A DNA stretch of 32,000 nt from Candidatus Brocadia sp. (GCA_021650915.1 CP091279.1:780001-812000), one strand, 5' to 3'; counted from the first letter of the stretch, positions 7,705-17,117 are shown. The notes: a model not told the origin generated them from the letters alone. Program-made: numbers and translations.

Positions 7705-9504
7705 ATGGAAGACAACATGAATCTTATGGACGATGTTGAAATTGTTAAAGAATTTCTTGTCGAATCTAATGATCACCTGGACGACGTTGAATCCAAAATA
7801 CTGGATTTGGAAAAGAACCCCGAAGATGTTGATATTATTAATGGCATATTCCGTCCGATTCACAGCATAAAAGGTAGCGCTGGTTTCCTGGGTCTGAAAG
7901 ATATCGGTAAGGTAAGTCACGAATTAGAAACGCTTCTGGATGAAGGAAGGAAGGCCAAAATAATAATTACACCGGGGATCATTGAGATCCTCTACGAAGG
8001 CGTAGACCTATTGAAAAAACTCAGAGATGTGGTAGTTAAAAAGGTTGATAACACGAATGCCTCCATAGATGTAATTAATTACCACCCATTTTTATCAAAA
8101 ATACCTGCTATTTTAGGACACCATCAGGGTGTCGCACAAAAAGAAAAGACCATGGGTAACTCTCTAAAGGAAAAGCATATTGGCGAAATATTAGTGGAAA
8201 CTGGCGATATTAGCAAAGATCAACTGGAAATAGCATTACAGGAACAGGCACAGGGAAAACGATTGGGTGAAATATTGGTCGAAAAAGGAATGACTACCCC
8301 AGAAAAAATTAATGACGCACTCAAGGTCCAATCGGTGATAGGCAAACCATCTTCTGAAACGGTTAAGGTAGATACCCAAAAGTTGGATAACCTGGTTAAT
8401 CTTGTGGGTGAACTGGTGATTGCCAATGCCCTCATCTGTGAAACGCTGGGAAACATCAATCGCGGCGCAAACAAAAATTTTTCTCACCTCAACAAGATCG
8501 TTAAAGATATACAGGATCAGGTCATGTGCATGAGGATGGTGCCTTTGAAATCAACCTTCCAAAAGATGGCCAGACTCGTGCGGGATGTTTCCGCAAAGGT
8601 GGGCAAGAAGGTTCAGTTGGAAATTTCCGGGGAAGAGACGGAACTGGACAAGACAGTAATTGATGAGATCGGGGATCCGCTCGTACACATTATCAGAAAC
8701 TCAATCGATCATGGAATCGAGCCTCTGGAGGAGCGAATAGCGAAAGGGAAACCGGCAGATGGTCTTGTGCGGTTAAATGCCTTCCATCGGGCTGGCAACA
8801 TTGTCATCGAAATAGAAGACGATGGAAAAGGCCTTTGTAAAGAGAGGATTTTAAGAAAGGCAATTGAAAGGGGTTTAGTCGATGGAAATGCCACTCTCTC
8901 AGATCAGCAAATCTTTAATCTCATTTTTGCCGCAGGGTTCTCTACAGCCGAAAGGATAACCGATGTTTCAGGACGCGGCGTGGGGATGGACGTCGTAAAA
9001 AAGAATGTCGAGCGTCTGCGGGGAAAGGTAGAGATTTCTACCGTAGAAGGAAAAGGAACAAAAATTTCCATCAAACTGCCGCTTACTTTGGCAATTATTG
9101 ATGGCATGATTGTGCAGGTTGGTCCTGAAAAATACATCGTCCCCATGCTTTCCATTGAGGAGTCCATCCGTCCAAAGAAAGAAGACATATCTACCGTGCA
9201 ACAACGCGGGGAATTGATTAACGTGCGGGGCGATTTGCTCCCCATGGTGCGTCTCCATAATTTGTATAATGTTCCGCCGAAGAGAATGAATCCGTGGGAG
9301 GCACTCATCCTGGTCGTTGAAGGTGAGGGGCAAAGATGCGGGATTCTTGTCGACGATCTCCTCGGCCAACAGCAGATAGTCATTAAGAGTCTGGGAGAAC
9401 AGTTCCGCAATATCAGAGGCATTTCCGGCAGCGCTATCCTTGGTGACGGACGCATAGGCCTTATTTTGGACGTTGGGGGTATTATGAGTATGGCGTTGAA
9501 TTAG
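7705..9504 (+). CDS. cheA: Chemotaxis histidine kinase CheA
   Basis: Hpt motif HSIKGSAGFLG, dimerisation segment (LDNLVNLVGELV), HATPase N/G boxes (IRNSIDHGIE, DDGKGL, GRGVGMD) and a C-terminal CheW-like domain. Start ATG 7705 lies 8 nt after GAGGA; the ORF opens at 7687. Confidence 0.93.
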   Translation: MEDNMNLMDDVEIVKEFLVESNDHLDDVESKILDLEKNPEDVDIINGIFRPIHSIKGSAGFLGLKDIGKVSHELETLLDEGRKAKIIITPGIIEILYEGVDLLKKLRDVVVKKVDNTNASIDVINYHPFLSKIPAILGHHQGVAQKEKTMGNSLKEKHIGEILVETGDISKDQLEIALQEQAQGKRLGEILVEKGMTTPEKINDALKVQSVIGKPSSETVKVDTQKLDNLVNLVGELVIANALICETLGNINRGANKNFSHLNKIVKDIQDQVMCMRMVPLKSTFQKMARLVRDVSAKVGKKVQLEISGEETELDKTVIDEIGDPLVHIIRNSIDHGIEPLEERIAKGKPADGLVRLNAFHRAGNIVIEIEDDGKGLCKERILRKAIERGLVDGNATLSDQQIFNLIFAAGFSTAERITDVSGRGVGMDVVKKNVERLRGKVEISTVEGKGTKISIKLPLTLAIIDGMIVQVGPEKYIVPMLSIEESIRPKKEDISTVQQRGELINVRGDLLPMVRLHNLYNVPPKRMNPWEALILVVEGEGQRCGILVDDLLGQQQIVIKSLGEQFRNIRGISGSAILGDGRIGLILDVGGIMSMALN

Positions 9505-9632
9505 CTATCGGGGGTAGGGTGGGCATCGCCCACCAAAAAATAGGCAACCTAAACGAGATGCTTGTTGGGATACCCGGTTAACTGTTCATTTATCAGGCTG
9601 GAATAGTGATATTAATTTATTATGAGACTTCC

Positions 9633-10074
9633 AATAACGAATATCGAACAGGGAATAATGAATGTCGAAGGATAAGAGAATATTTGATCTTGAAGAACGC
9701 TTAATAGATTTTGCCGTCAGAATTATTCGGACAACGGAATCCTTACCAAAAACCAGGGTGGGAAATCACATTGCGGGGCAACTTATTCGCTGCGGTACAT
9801 CATCCGCTCCCAATTATGGTGAAGCCCAAAGCGCAGAATCTCGTTCTGACTTTATACACAAGATGAAAGTCTCCCTTAAGAGTTACGTGAAACAAAGATA
9901 TGGTTATTAATAATTGTAAAAGCCAATCTCATAAAACCAATGTCAAAGCTTGCACCCCTGATTAATGAGAATAATGAGCTTATTTCGATTTTTGTGACAA
10001 GTGTAAAAACCGTGAAACAAAACGTGGATAAGAAAACCTCATAGTTCGAAATTCCTTGTTCGATATTCGTTATT
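9633..10074 (+). mobile_element. Inverted-repeat-bracketed four-helix-bundle gene cassette (copy 1)
   Basis: AATAACGAATATCGAACAGGGAAT (9633-9656) and ATTCCTTGTTCGATATTCGTTATT (10051-10074) are reverse complements at 23/24 positions. They closely bracket the ORF. Confidence 0.6.
9662..10044 (+). pseudogene. Four-helix-bundle protein (23S rRNA intervening-sequence protein family), 1-nt frameshift
   Basis: Frame 1 gives ...SSAPNYGEAQSAESRSDFIHKMKVSLK and stops at 9910. From 9880 the -1 frame continues with the family-typical ELRETKIWLLIIVKANLIKP...ELISIFVTSVKT to the stop at 10044. One base is missing in CTTAAGAG (about 9878-9882). Confidence 0.8.
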
Positions 10075-10180
10075 TAACGGGACGGGCAGAACGATGCAAA
10101 TAGTATCAAATGTTTCAGGTACGAATGATCAATGGTTTAAAAAAATCGTTGGCCAAAAGACGGCCTCCTGATCCCCGTTC

Positions 10181-10200
10181 CCTGACACCTGACACCTGAT
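10181..10200. repeat. Tandem heptamer tract (CCTGACA x ~3)
   Basis: CCTGACA CCTGACA CCTGAT read directly from the sequence. Confidence 0.8.
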
Positions 10201-10210
10201 CGCTAAAAAA

Positions 10211-11646
10211 TTGGTAGAGTAGAAAAAGAGAGACTTGGTTAAAGAAAAAGCCCTCCAAATATGGTAAAAAATAGTTTTGATACAAGAAACTAAACCATAA
10301 AGAAAAGGAGGGCTATATGGGAGCAACCCCATGCACAGATGGTATCACAATAGAATTTGGTTGTCAAATTCGGGTTGAATTAAAGGACGGCAGCCTGGAG
10401 TCGATTCTCAAGGCATTTTGCAAGATACTGCCGGAGATATTAAGGGATTTTATTCAGAAGATCGTGGTTGGTTTTGGTGAGAGTGCGATGGCGCAATCAC
10501 GGAAGCCATTTTGCTGCGACGAATGTGGGAATGACAAGGAGTTTATCTGGAAGACGAGGCATGGAAAAGAGACGAAGATACTGACGGTCTTTCAGTGGTT
10601 GAGATTAGAGCAGTTGCAGGTGCAGTGCAAGAGGTGCGGTCATAAGATGTATATAACGCGAAAGCTTCTGGGGATGGAGCGGATGAAGCGAATACCACCG
10701 GAGACGTATCGGAAGCTTGGGCTGGTAGGATCGTTAACGACCTACCGGGTAGCGAAGAAGATCGTGTCGATGTTTGGCTGGACAGTAGACAAGATGACGA
10801 TATGGAAATCGGTACAAAAGACGGCAGCAGAGATAGATTTTCAACTCGACGAGAAGGGACTTCCCCTGGGAGAAGCAGACGGGACAGGGGTAGGGATTAA
10901 GGGGATAGCAAAACGAGGCAAGGAGCTCAAGGTCTTTGTGCAATACAAGAGCGGTGGAGGGGTGAGAGTGGCAGGGCTTGACATAGGGAATTACAACGGC
11001 AGTTGGGATACGCTGTTTGGTAAGAGTATTAAGGTGTTCAGGAAGTTTTCCCAGTTTCTTTTGATAACCGATGGCGACACCTCTATTTTGGATAGTTTGA
11101 AAGGTAAGATCAAGGTGCTTGTACAGAGATGTTTGTGGCATATTCCGTATCAGGCAAAGTATGTATTGTGGCAGGATGGGCTCAAGAGCAAGGGGAAAGA
11201 ATGGCTGGAGGTGATGTCTGAGCTTATGGAGGTCTGTGCGATACGGCCATTGGTTGATTGTCAGAAGACCATCGAGAAAATGATAGAGTCCAAGAGGAAA
11301 CGATTGGATGCGGTGATTCAGCATTGTTTGTCGAAGGGATATACTCATACCGCATCCTATCTTGAGAATGCCAGGCCTGATATGTTTACGGCGATAGAAA
11401 AGAGGCTCAATGGCAGAACGACAAGTAAAGTAGAGCGCGTCATGCGTACGGTTAACATGCGGGTGAATGTGAGCAAATGGAGTGTTGCCGGGGCGCTGAA
11501 CGTTACCAAAATTCGGCTTGCCTATTACTACAACGGCTTTGATGCGTGACAACTATACATTGGAGGACTTTTCTCAGGTCTCCACTTGACAACGCTACTA
11601 AAAAATTACTTATTTTAAAACTATATATAGGCCATTCTTATTTACC
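10211..11646 (+). mobile_element. Insertion sequence carrying the transposase; boundaries approximate and unresolved
   Basis: A single transposase ORF interrupts the che cluster. Only weak terminal IR candidates exist (for example ATAGTTTTGATACAAG 10271-10286 versus CTTATTTTAAAACTAT 11609-11624, 13/16). No clean target duplication found. Confidence 0.3.
10317..11549 (+). CDS. IS transposase (zinc-ribbon plus DDE-type core; ISLre2/ISKra4-like architecture)
   Basis: 410 aa. N-terminal CCDECG...CKRCGH zinc-ribbon pattern. Acidic motifs EADGTGV and LITDGDTSI, then QRCLWHIPYQ, resemble UPF0236/ISLre2-type transposases. Family assignment is from memory only. Confidence 0.65.
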   Translation: MGATPCTDGITIEFGCQIRVELKDGSLESILKAFCKILPEILRDFIQKIVVGFGESAMAQSRKPFCCDECGNDKEFIWKTRHGKETKILTVFQWLRLEQLQVQCKRCGHKMYITRKLLGMERMKRIPPETYRKLGLVGSLTTYRVAKKIVSMFGWTVDKMTIWKSVQKTAAEIDFQLDEKGLPLGEADGTGVGIKGIAKRGKELKVFVQYKSGGGVRVAGLDIGNYNGSWDTLFGKSIKVFRKFSQFLLITDGDTSILDSLKGKIKVLVQRCLWHIPYQAKYVLWQDGLKSKGKEWLEVMSELMEVCAIRPLVDCQKTIEKMIESKRKRLDAVIQHCLSKGYTHTASYLENARPDMFTAIEKRLNGRTTSKVERVMRTVNMRVNVSKWSVAGALNVTKIRLAYYYNGFDA

Positions 11647-11672
11647 ATAAAGAGTACGGGAGAAAAAATACT

Positions 11673-13832
11673 ATGAAAGTTACTTTAAGCACAAAAATTA
11701 TTTCGTTATTTATTATTGGTGGTTTAGTGCCCTTGGTCGCGATCGGCGTATTGAGCTATTACAGCTCAAGTAAGGCATTGAAAGAACAAGCATTTAATCA
11801 GCTAGCTTCTGTAAGAAATGTCAAACAAGCATTTATTAATGATTGGTTTTCAAAAAGAAAATGCGATGCGGTAACTCTTTCAAAAAATGAGATGGTTATC
11901 AATGCGACAAAGGAATTTAAAAAGGCATTTAATGAGCTGGGGGCCGAAAAAGTGCGAGACTTGTATATTACCAAAAATCCGTTCCCAGCCGGTAAAAAAC
12001 TGGAATATGTTGATGCACAGGACGGCAGCAATTATAGCAAATTACATGCACGGTATCACCCTGTTTTCAAACAGTACCTTGAAGAATATGGGTATTATGA
12101 TATTTTCCTTTTGGATGCAGAAACAGGGAATATCCTTTACACCGTTTTTAAAGAATTGGATTTCGGCTCCAATTTAGTTTCGGGACTTTACAATATGAGC
12201 AATATTTCAAAGTTATACAAGGATATTAATTCTACGAATGCCATTCATGAACAGAGTTATGCAAAACTGGTTGATTTTGAACCTTATGCACCGTCGAATG
12301 GAGATCCGGCGTCTTTTATCGCTGCCCCAATCTATGACAATAATCAAAAGATAGGGACACTCATTTTTCAAATGCCCATCAGTAAAATTGATGCAATCAT
12401 GCAGGATCGCTCCGGTCTTGGAGAAACAGGAGAGACCTATCTGGTAGGATCGGATAAACTGATGCGCTCCAATTCCCGATTTTCGGAAAAGCCAACTATC
12501 TTTGTCACCAGGGTTGATACTGAAGCCGTAAAGGAATCCTTAGCCGGTAAGGCCGATTCCAAAACCATCAGGGATTATCGCGGCATGCCTGTTTTAAGCG
12601 CATATGCGCCATTCAACGTACTCGGTCTAAATTGGTCCATTATAGCGGAGATCGATGAGGCAGAGGCGCTCAAGGCCGTCAATAATCTAAGGAAGTGGAT
12701 GATTATCATCGGCCTCGCTTCAGCAGGTTTTGTTGCTGGGTTGGGTATCCTTGTAATTAAGATTACCAGCAAGATATCAGGGCTCTTCAGAACGCTCCTG
12801 GATGATTTAACTGAGAGTTCAACGCAGGTAGCCTCCGCCTCAGAACAGATTTCGGCATCAAGTCAGAGCCTTGCCCAAGGCGCTTCAGAGCAGGCCGCCT
12901 CCATCGAAGAGACTTCATCATCCATGGAAGAAATGTCCTCCATAACCAAGCAGAATGCGGAGATTGCACATACGGCATCCGAGTTAGTAACCTCTTGTTT
13001 CATGTCTGCACAAACAGGCGACGAGTCTATCACGAAAGTGAACGATTCAATGCAGAAAATCAATGAAAGCAGCAACAACATCGTAAGCATTATCAAGGTT
13101 ATTGACGGCATTGCCTTCCAGACCAATCTTTTGGCGCTCAACGCCGCTGTAGAGGCTGCGAGGGCAGGAGAACACGGGAAAGGCTTTGCGGTGGTTGCCG
13201 AAGAGGTGCGAAATCTCGCACAGCGATGCGCCAGCGCTGCTAAGGATATTACGCAACTCATTGAGGACAGCGCAAAGAAGGTCACCTCAGGCACAGACCT
13301 TGTCAAACAATCCAGTGAAATTCTTAAAGAAATTGTTTCGAAAGCAAAGAAGGTTACCGATCTCGTAAATGAAATTACCAACGCCTCAAAAGAACAGGCA
13401 GAAGGTATTGACCAGGTCAGCAAAGCCATTACCCAGATGGATCAGGTTACCCAACAAAACGCAGCGAATGCCGAAGAAACAGCTTCATCCAGTGAGGAAC
13501 TCTCAGCACAGGCAGAAAGTCTGAAGGCGCTTGTGGATAGAATTGCCGGAGAGGTTGGAGCAGGGAAGGAGAATAGCGTGGTTTCGAGCCAGAAAGATGT
13601 TCAAGTAACGAAGAAACAGGTGTATGCTCCTTCAAACAAAAAAAACCGGTTTGTTCGGGAAAAAACAGACGGCAGTGCGATGAAAGTGAGTAAAGACAAA
13701 GGCCTTAAAGAGTCCTGGCATGATTCACAGGACGATACTTTGCAGGATGATAACGGAAGAATACATGCCGTACCGGCTTCAAAGTCTAGCCGTCTGATTC
13801 CCATGTCGGATGATGAATTTAAAGATTTTTAA
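11673..13832 (+). CDS. Methyl-accepting chemotaxis protein with periplasmic double-Cache-type sensor
   Basis: TM1 ([19 protein letters not shown]), a ~300-aa Cache-like region ([28 protein letters not shown]), TM2, and an MCP signalling hairpin ([37 protein letters not shown]). Ends in a long tail terminating DDEFKDF. Confidence 0.92.
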   Translation: MKVTLSTKIISLFIIGGLVPLVAIGVLSYYSSSKALKEQAFNQLASVRNVKQAFINDWFSKRKCDAVTLSKNEMVINATKEFKKAFNELGAEKVRDLYITKNPFPAGKKLEYVDAQDGSNYSKLHARYHPVFKQYLEEYGYYDIFLLDAETGNILYTVFKELDFGSNLVSGLYNMSNISKLYKDINSTNAIHEQSYAKLVDFEPYAPSNGDPASFIAAPIYDNNQKIGTLIFQMPISKIDAIMQDRSGLGETGETYLVGSDKLMRSNSRFSEKPTIFVTRVDTEAVKESLAGKADSKTIRDYRGMPVLSAYAPFNVLGLNWSIIAEIDEAEALKAVNNLRKWMIIIGLASAGFVAGLGILVIKITSKISGLFRTLLDDLTESSTQVASASEQISASSQSLAQGASEQAASIEETSSSMEEMSSITKQNAEIAHTASELVTSCFMSAQTGDESITKVNDSMQKINESSNNIVSIIKVIDGIAFQTNLLALNAAVEAARAGEHGKGFAVVAEEVRNLAQRCASAAKDITQLIEDSAKKVTSGTDLVKQSSEILKEIVSKAKKVTDLVNEITNASKEQAEGIDQVSKAITQMDQVTQQNAANAEETASSSEELSAQAESLKALVDRIAGEVGAGKENSVVSSQKDVQVTKKQVYAPSNKKNRFVREKTDGSAMKVSKDKGLKESWHDSQDDTLQDDNGRIHAVPASKSSRLIPMSDDEFKDF

Positions 13833-13948
13833 CAAGACAGTATTTCCAGTCGTTGCAGATCTACAACCAAAAATAACCGCCACGCTTTTCCCACCTTTGT
13901 AAGGTAGTGAAAAAATGGTAGAAAAACTTACCATAAGGAGATTGAAAC

Positions 13949-14353
13949 ATGGCAACTAAGTGGAGTGAAGACCTGTCGATCGGCGTAAAAGCAATCGATG
14001 AACAGCATAAAGGAATATTTAGCAGGGTAGATAATTTGCTCAACGCGATGAGGCAGGGTAAGGGTAAAGACGAGATCGGTAAAACATATACATTCTTAGC
14101 AGATTATGTAGTCAGGCATTTCAAAGATGAAGAGGATTTAATGGCCAAATACAACTACGATGGTTGTTCAAAGCAAAAGGAAGAACATACGCGATTTGTA
14201 AAAGAATTCTCTAGTTTAAAAAGGGAGTTCGAAACAAACGGCACAAGGCCAAATCTGGTAATTGATACACAACGAAAATTGTGTGACTGGTTGACAAATC
14301 ACATCTCTAACGAGGATAAAAAAATTGGCGTATTTTTGAGGGTAGCGGGATAA
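13949..14353 (+). CDS. Bacteriohemerythrin-like protein (single domain)
   Basis: W-x-x-x-L-x-IG-x-x-x-IDEQH, HFKDEE (HxxxE) and NHISNED (HxxxxD). The helix-C HxxxH pair reads QKEEH, so one ligand His is replaced by Gln. Confidence 0.85.
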   Translation: MATKWSEDLSIGVKAIDEQHKGIFSRVDNLLNAMRQGKGKDEIGKTYTFLADYVVRHFKDEEDLMAKYNYDGCSKQKEEHTRFVKEFSSLKREFETNGTRPNLVIDTQRKLCDWLTNHISNEDKKIGVFLRVAG

Positions 14354-14446
14354 CCCGTATATAAACGAAGCCTGAAAAATCAAAATGCAAAATAGCGAAT
14401 AAAATTCAAATACAAATTATCGCAGATACCCATGAAAGGAGAGCAC

Positions 14447-14959
14447 ATGCAAGCAGTGAAGGAAAAAGAGAGAAAACCGGGCGTTTCGGAGACGGTATTG
14501 CGTGAAGGAAAATACTTGACCTTTGTATTGTGTGGTGAGGAGTATGGTATAGAGATACTTAAGGTCAGGGAAATTATAGGCATTATGAACATAACACCCG
14601 TGCCTCAGACACCCGGTTACATGAAGGGAGTAATCAATCTCCGGGGAAAGGTGATTCCTGTTGTAGACCTGAGATTAAAATTTGGATTTCAAGAAGTGGA
14701 GCACACAAAGGAGACATGTATCATCGTCGTGGAAGTCATGAATAAACTTACAGGTATTCTTGTAGATACTGTCTCAGAAGTACTTGACGTCAGAGGTCAG
14801 GATTTGGAACCCGCACCCCATCTTGGAGATGGCATCAATACGGAAATATTTCTGGGTATGGCAAAGATAAAGAACAAGGTAAAAATACTCCTCGATATTG
14901 ATAAAATTTTAGGCACGGAAGAGATCAATATGGTTGAGAGTTTAATGAGTATAGGTTAA
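14447..14959 (+). CDS. cheW: Chemotaxis coupling protein CheW
   Basis: YLTFVLCGEEYGIEILKVREIIGIMNITPVPQTPGYMKGVINLRGKVIPVVDLRLKFG is a canonical CheW core. ATG 14447 follows AAAGGAGAG; the ORF opens at 14432. Confidence 0.92.
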   Translation: MQAVKEKERKPGVSETVLREGKYLTFVLCGEEYGIEILKVREIIGIMNITPVPQTPGYMKGVINLRGKVIPVVDLRLKFGFQEVEHTKETCIIVVEVMNKLTGILVDTVSEVLDVRGQDLEPAPHLGDGINTEIFLGMAKIKNKVKILLDIDKILGTEEINMVESLMSIG

Positions 14960-14993
14960 TTTTATTTTTTCATAAACACGGGTGATTTAAGGG

Positions 14994-15291
14994 TTTGAAG
15001 ATATTGAGGCTTGGCATCTGTCACGCGAATTAATCGGAAAAAAGTATATCTCTGACGAAGATGCTGTAGTTTGCCAGAGGCTATGGACTTAAGCGGCAGA
15101 CACCAGAAGCATCCGGATCGTCGACGCATAATATTGCTGAAAGTTTTGATTTTGATACAAATGTCGAGTTCGTCCGGTTCTTACGAGACGCTAAACGCCT
15201 TTACACGGAAGTTCAGAGCAAGCTGGAAGAATCCGTGCGGCTGTCCATGGGTTTATCAAATATCTTAAGAATTACGAAAAAAGCAAAATAA
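14994..15291 (+). pseudogene. Four-helix-bundle protein gene remnant (copy 2), N-terminally truncated and frameshifted
   Basis: FEDIEAWHLSRELIGKKY (family N-terminal FEDLxVWQ-like motif) in one frame. RGYGLKRQ...SSTHNIAESFDFDTNVEFVRFLRDAKRLYTEVQSKLEE (E.YGL..Q.RR...SI.SNIAEG....EF..FL pattern) in another, ending TAA at 15291. Confidence 0.6.
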
Positions 15292-15359
15292 CCCACCCTG
15301 AACCTGATAACCTGAGTGATTAGTTTTGCAATACTATTTAAGAAAAAAGGGAGAAAAAT

Positions 15360-17102
15360 ATGATTGGTAAAATGAATATGATGACAAGACTCATTGTCAC
15401 GATTGTCACAGTCATTGTGGTTGCAATGAGTATTCTGACGTATATCAATGCGAAAAGGCAAAAGGCACAGATGTTGGCTGAGGTGCGTACCCAGGCACGA
15501 ATGGCAGCAGACCAACTTATTTCTGCGAGAGCAGTAATCGCAGAGAAGCAAAAGGCAATTAATACCGACTCAAAAGGTAACTTTGAATTCAAGGGCGTGA
15601 TCCCGGCAGTTGTTGGGCGTGAGATTGCCGAACATTTCAGCCAAACGACCATTTTCAAGATGAAGCAGACGAGCATTAAGTACAGGAACCAGTCAAATAA
15701 GCCTGATTCATGGGAGGTACATCAGTTAGAAAGGTTTGAGAGAGAGCCAGGCTTAGCAGATACCTCAGAAATAACAAAATTAGAGAACGGCTCGACGGTC
15801 TTTCGGTTGATGGTCCCTTTGAAGATCGAGGAGGCATGCTTGAAGTGTCATGGAGACCCGGCAACAAGTCCGACCAAGGATGGCAAAGACATCACGGGCA
15901 GGCAAATGGAGAATTACAAACTGGGGGATATTCGTGGCGGAATAAGCGTAACTGCGCCGATGTCAGCCGTAAATGCGACAATTGCCTCGAATAGAAATTT
16001 CAACATCATAGGAAATGGAATTTACGTGCTTCTGGTAGGTACCATAGTCTTTTTCCTCACTCGAAATATCATCACCTTACTGAAACGACTGGTTTTTAAC
16101 TTAAGAAATGGCGCAGAAGAAGTTGCTTCGGCAGCAAACCAGATTTCTTCTTCCAGCCAGTCCCTTGCTGACGGGGCGTCGCAGCAGGCATCTTCCGTTG
16201 AAGAGACCTCTGCTTCGATTGAGGAAATGGCCTCGATGATAACGAAGAACTCCGATAATGCAAAGGAAGCAAATCAACTCGCAATTATGACAAAAACATC
16301 GGCTGAAAGTGGCAATGTGGCCATGGATACGCTGCAGACAACGATGCGGGACCTCAATTCAGGCAATGACAAGGTCCTTTCGATAATTAAGTCAATTGAT
16401 GAAATCGCATTTCAAACGAACCTTTTAGCCCTCAATGCCGCTGTTGAAGCAGCAAGGGCGGGAGAGCACGGAAAAGGATTTGCCGTTGTTGCAGAGGAGG
16501 TGCGCAACCTAGCACAAAGGTGTTCCGTTGCGTCTAAGGAAACTGCGGACTTAATCAACTCGAGGGTAGTAAGCACTGAGAATGCCGCAAAGATTGCCGA
16601 CAAATTTGCAGCCAATCTTAATGAAATCGTAACCGAGGCAAAGAAGGTAACAGACTTAGCTGGTGAAATTGCCGCTGCCTCGCAGGAACAATCTGATGGT
16701 ATCAGTCAAATATCCAAGGCAGTTACGTCAGTAGACACGGTTACTCAGCAAAATGCGGCAAACGCGGAAGAGTTAGCGTCATCCAGCGAAGAATTGTCTG
16801 CACAGGCAGAAAATCTGAAAGTCATTATACAGGAACTGGTCATGGAGATCGGGAATATTGATAATGATTCGAAGACTTCCAAAAAGTCACAATCTCATAC
16901 GTATTTCGAAAAGAAATTTCATCATTCCCTGAAAAATGATCCTGATAATAAAAGCAAACAGATGATGCAAGCAAAAAAAGCCAATAATTCTCCAAGGCCT
17001 GGTAGTAAGACAAATGGGAATAGCTTTAAAAAAACCGTGATCGCACGAAACAGGATATCAGATGAATTAATGCCTCTCAGTGATGATTTCAAGGATTTTT
17101 AG
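15360..17102 (+). CDS. Methyl-accepting chemotaxis protein with periplasmic heme-c (CxxCH) Tll0287-like/DUF3365 sensor
   Basis: TM1, then a ~180-aa periplasmic domain with CLKCH (15837-15851) in the context PDSWE...CLKCHGDP...[12 protein letters not shown], then TM2. MCP signalling domain is nearly identical in protein to the first MCP. Tail ends DDFKDF. Confidence 0.9.
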   Translation: MIGKMNMMTRLIVTIVTVIVVAMSILTYINAKRQKAQMLAEVRTQARMAADQLISARAVIAEKQKAINTDSKGNFEFKGVIPAVVGREIAEHFSQTTIFKMKQTSIKYRNQSNKPDSWEVHQLERFEREPGLADTSEITKLENGSTVFRLMVPLKIEEACLKCHGDPATSPTKDGKDITGRQMENYKLGDIRGGISVTAPMSAVNATIASNRNFNIIGNGIYVLLVGTIVFFLTRNIITLLKRLVFNLRNGAEEVASAANQISSSSQSLADGASQQASSVEETSASIEEMASMITKNSDNAKEANQLAIMTKTSAESGNVAMDTLQTTMRDLNSGNDKVLSIIKSIDEIAFQTNLLALNAAVEAARAGEHGKGFAVVAEEVRNLAQRCSVASKETADLINSRVVSTENAAKIADKFAANLNEIVTEAKKVTDLAGEIAAASQEQSDGISQISKAVTSVDTVTQQNAANAEELASSSEELSAQAENLKVIIQELVMEIGNIDNDSKTSKKSQSHTYFEKKFHHSLKNDPDNKSKQMMQAKKANNSPRPGSKTNGNSFKKTVIARNRISDELMPLSDDFKDF

Positions 17103-17117
17103 CGCCATGAGATTGTT

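Noticed and set aside
10734-11552. 272-aa minus-strand ORF opposite the transposase gene
   Set aside because: It is fully antisense to a plus-strand ORF with clear transposase features. Its product is Pro/His/Leu-rich with no recognisable motifs, so it is a shadow ORF.
10199-11607. CGCTA(CT)AAAAAATT direct repeat as the target-site duplication of the IS
   Set aside because: The sequences just inside the repeats are not convincing terminal inverted repeats. The repeat also contains an indel and is AT-rich, so the IS boundaries are left unresolved.
12863-13429. 188-aa minus-strand ORF (and similar ones at 8904-9455, 8968-9369, 16412-16615 and 21720-22085)
   Set aside because: All are antisense to strongly supported cheA, MCP or cheB coding regions. 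Ala/Ser/Glu-rich sense codons leave long open antisense frames.
15071-15268. 65-aa plus-strand ORF between cheW and the second MCP
   Set aside because: It is a wrong-frame read through the decayed four-helix-bundle remnant; family motifs appear in the other two frames.
15283-15310. Second sigma-28-like promoter (CAAA-N15-CCTGATAA) upstream of the heme-c MCP
   Set aside because: It matches only 3/4 of the -35 element and 6/8 of the -10 element, and lies inside the pseudogene tail. This is too weak to report as a feature.
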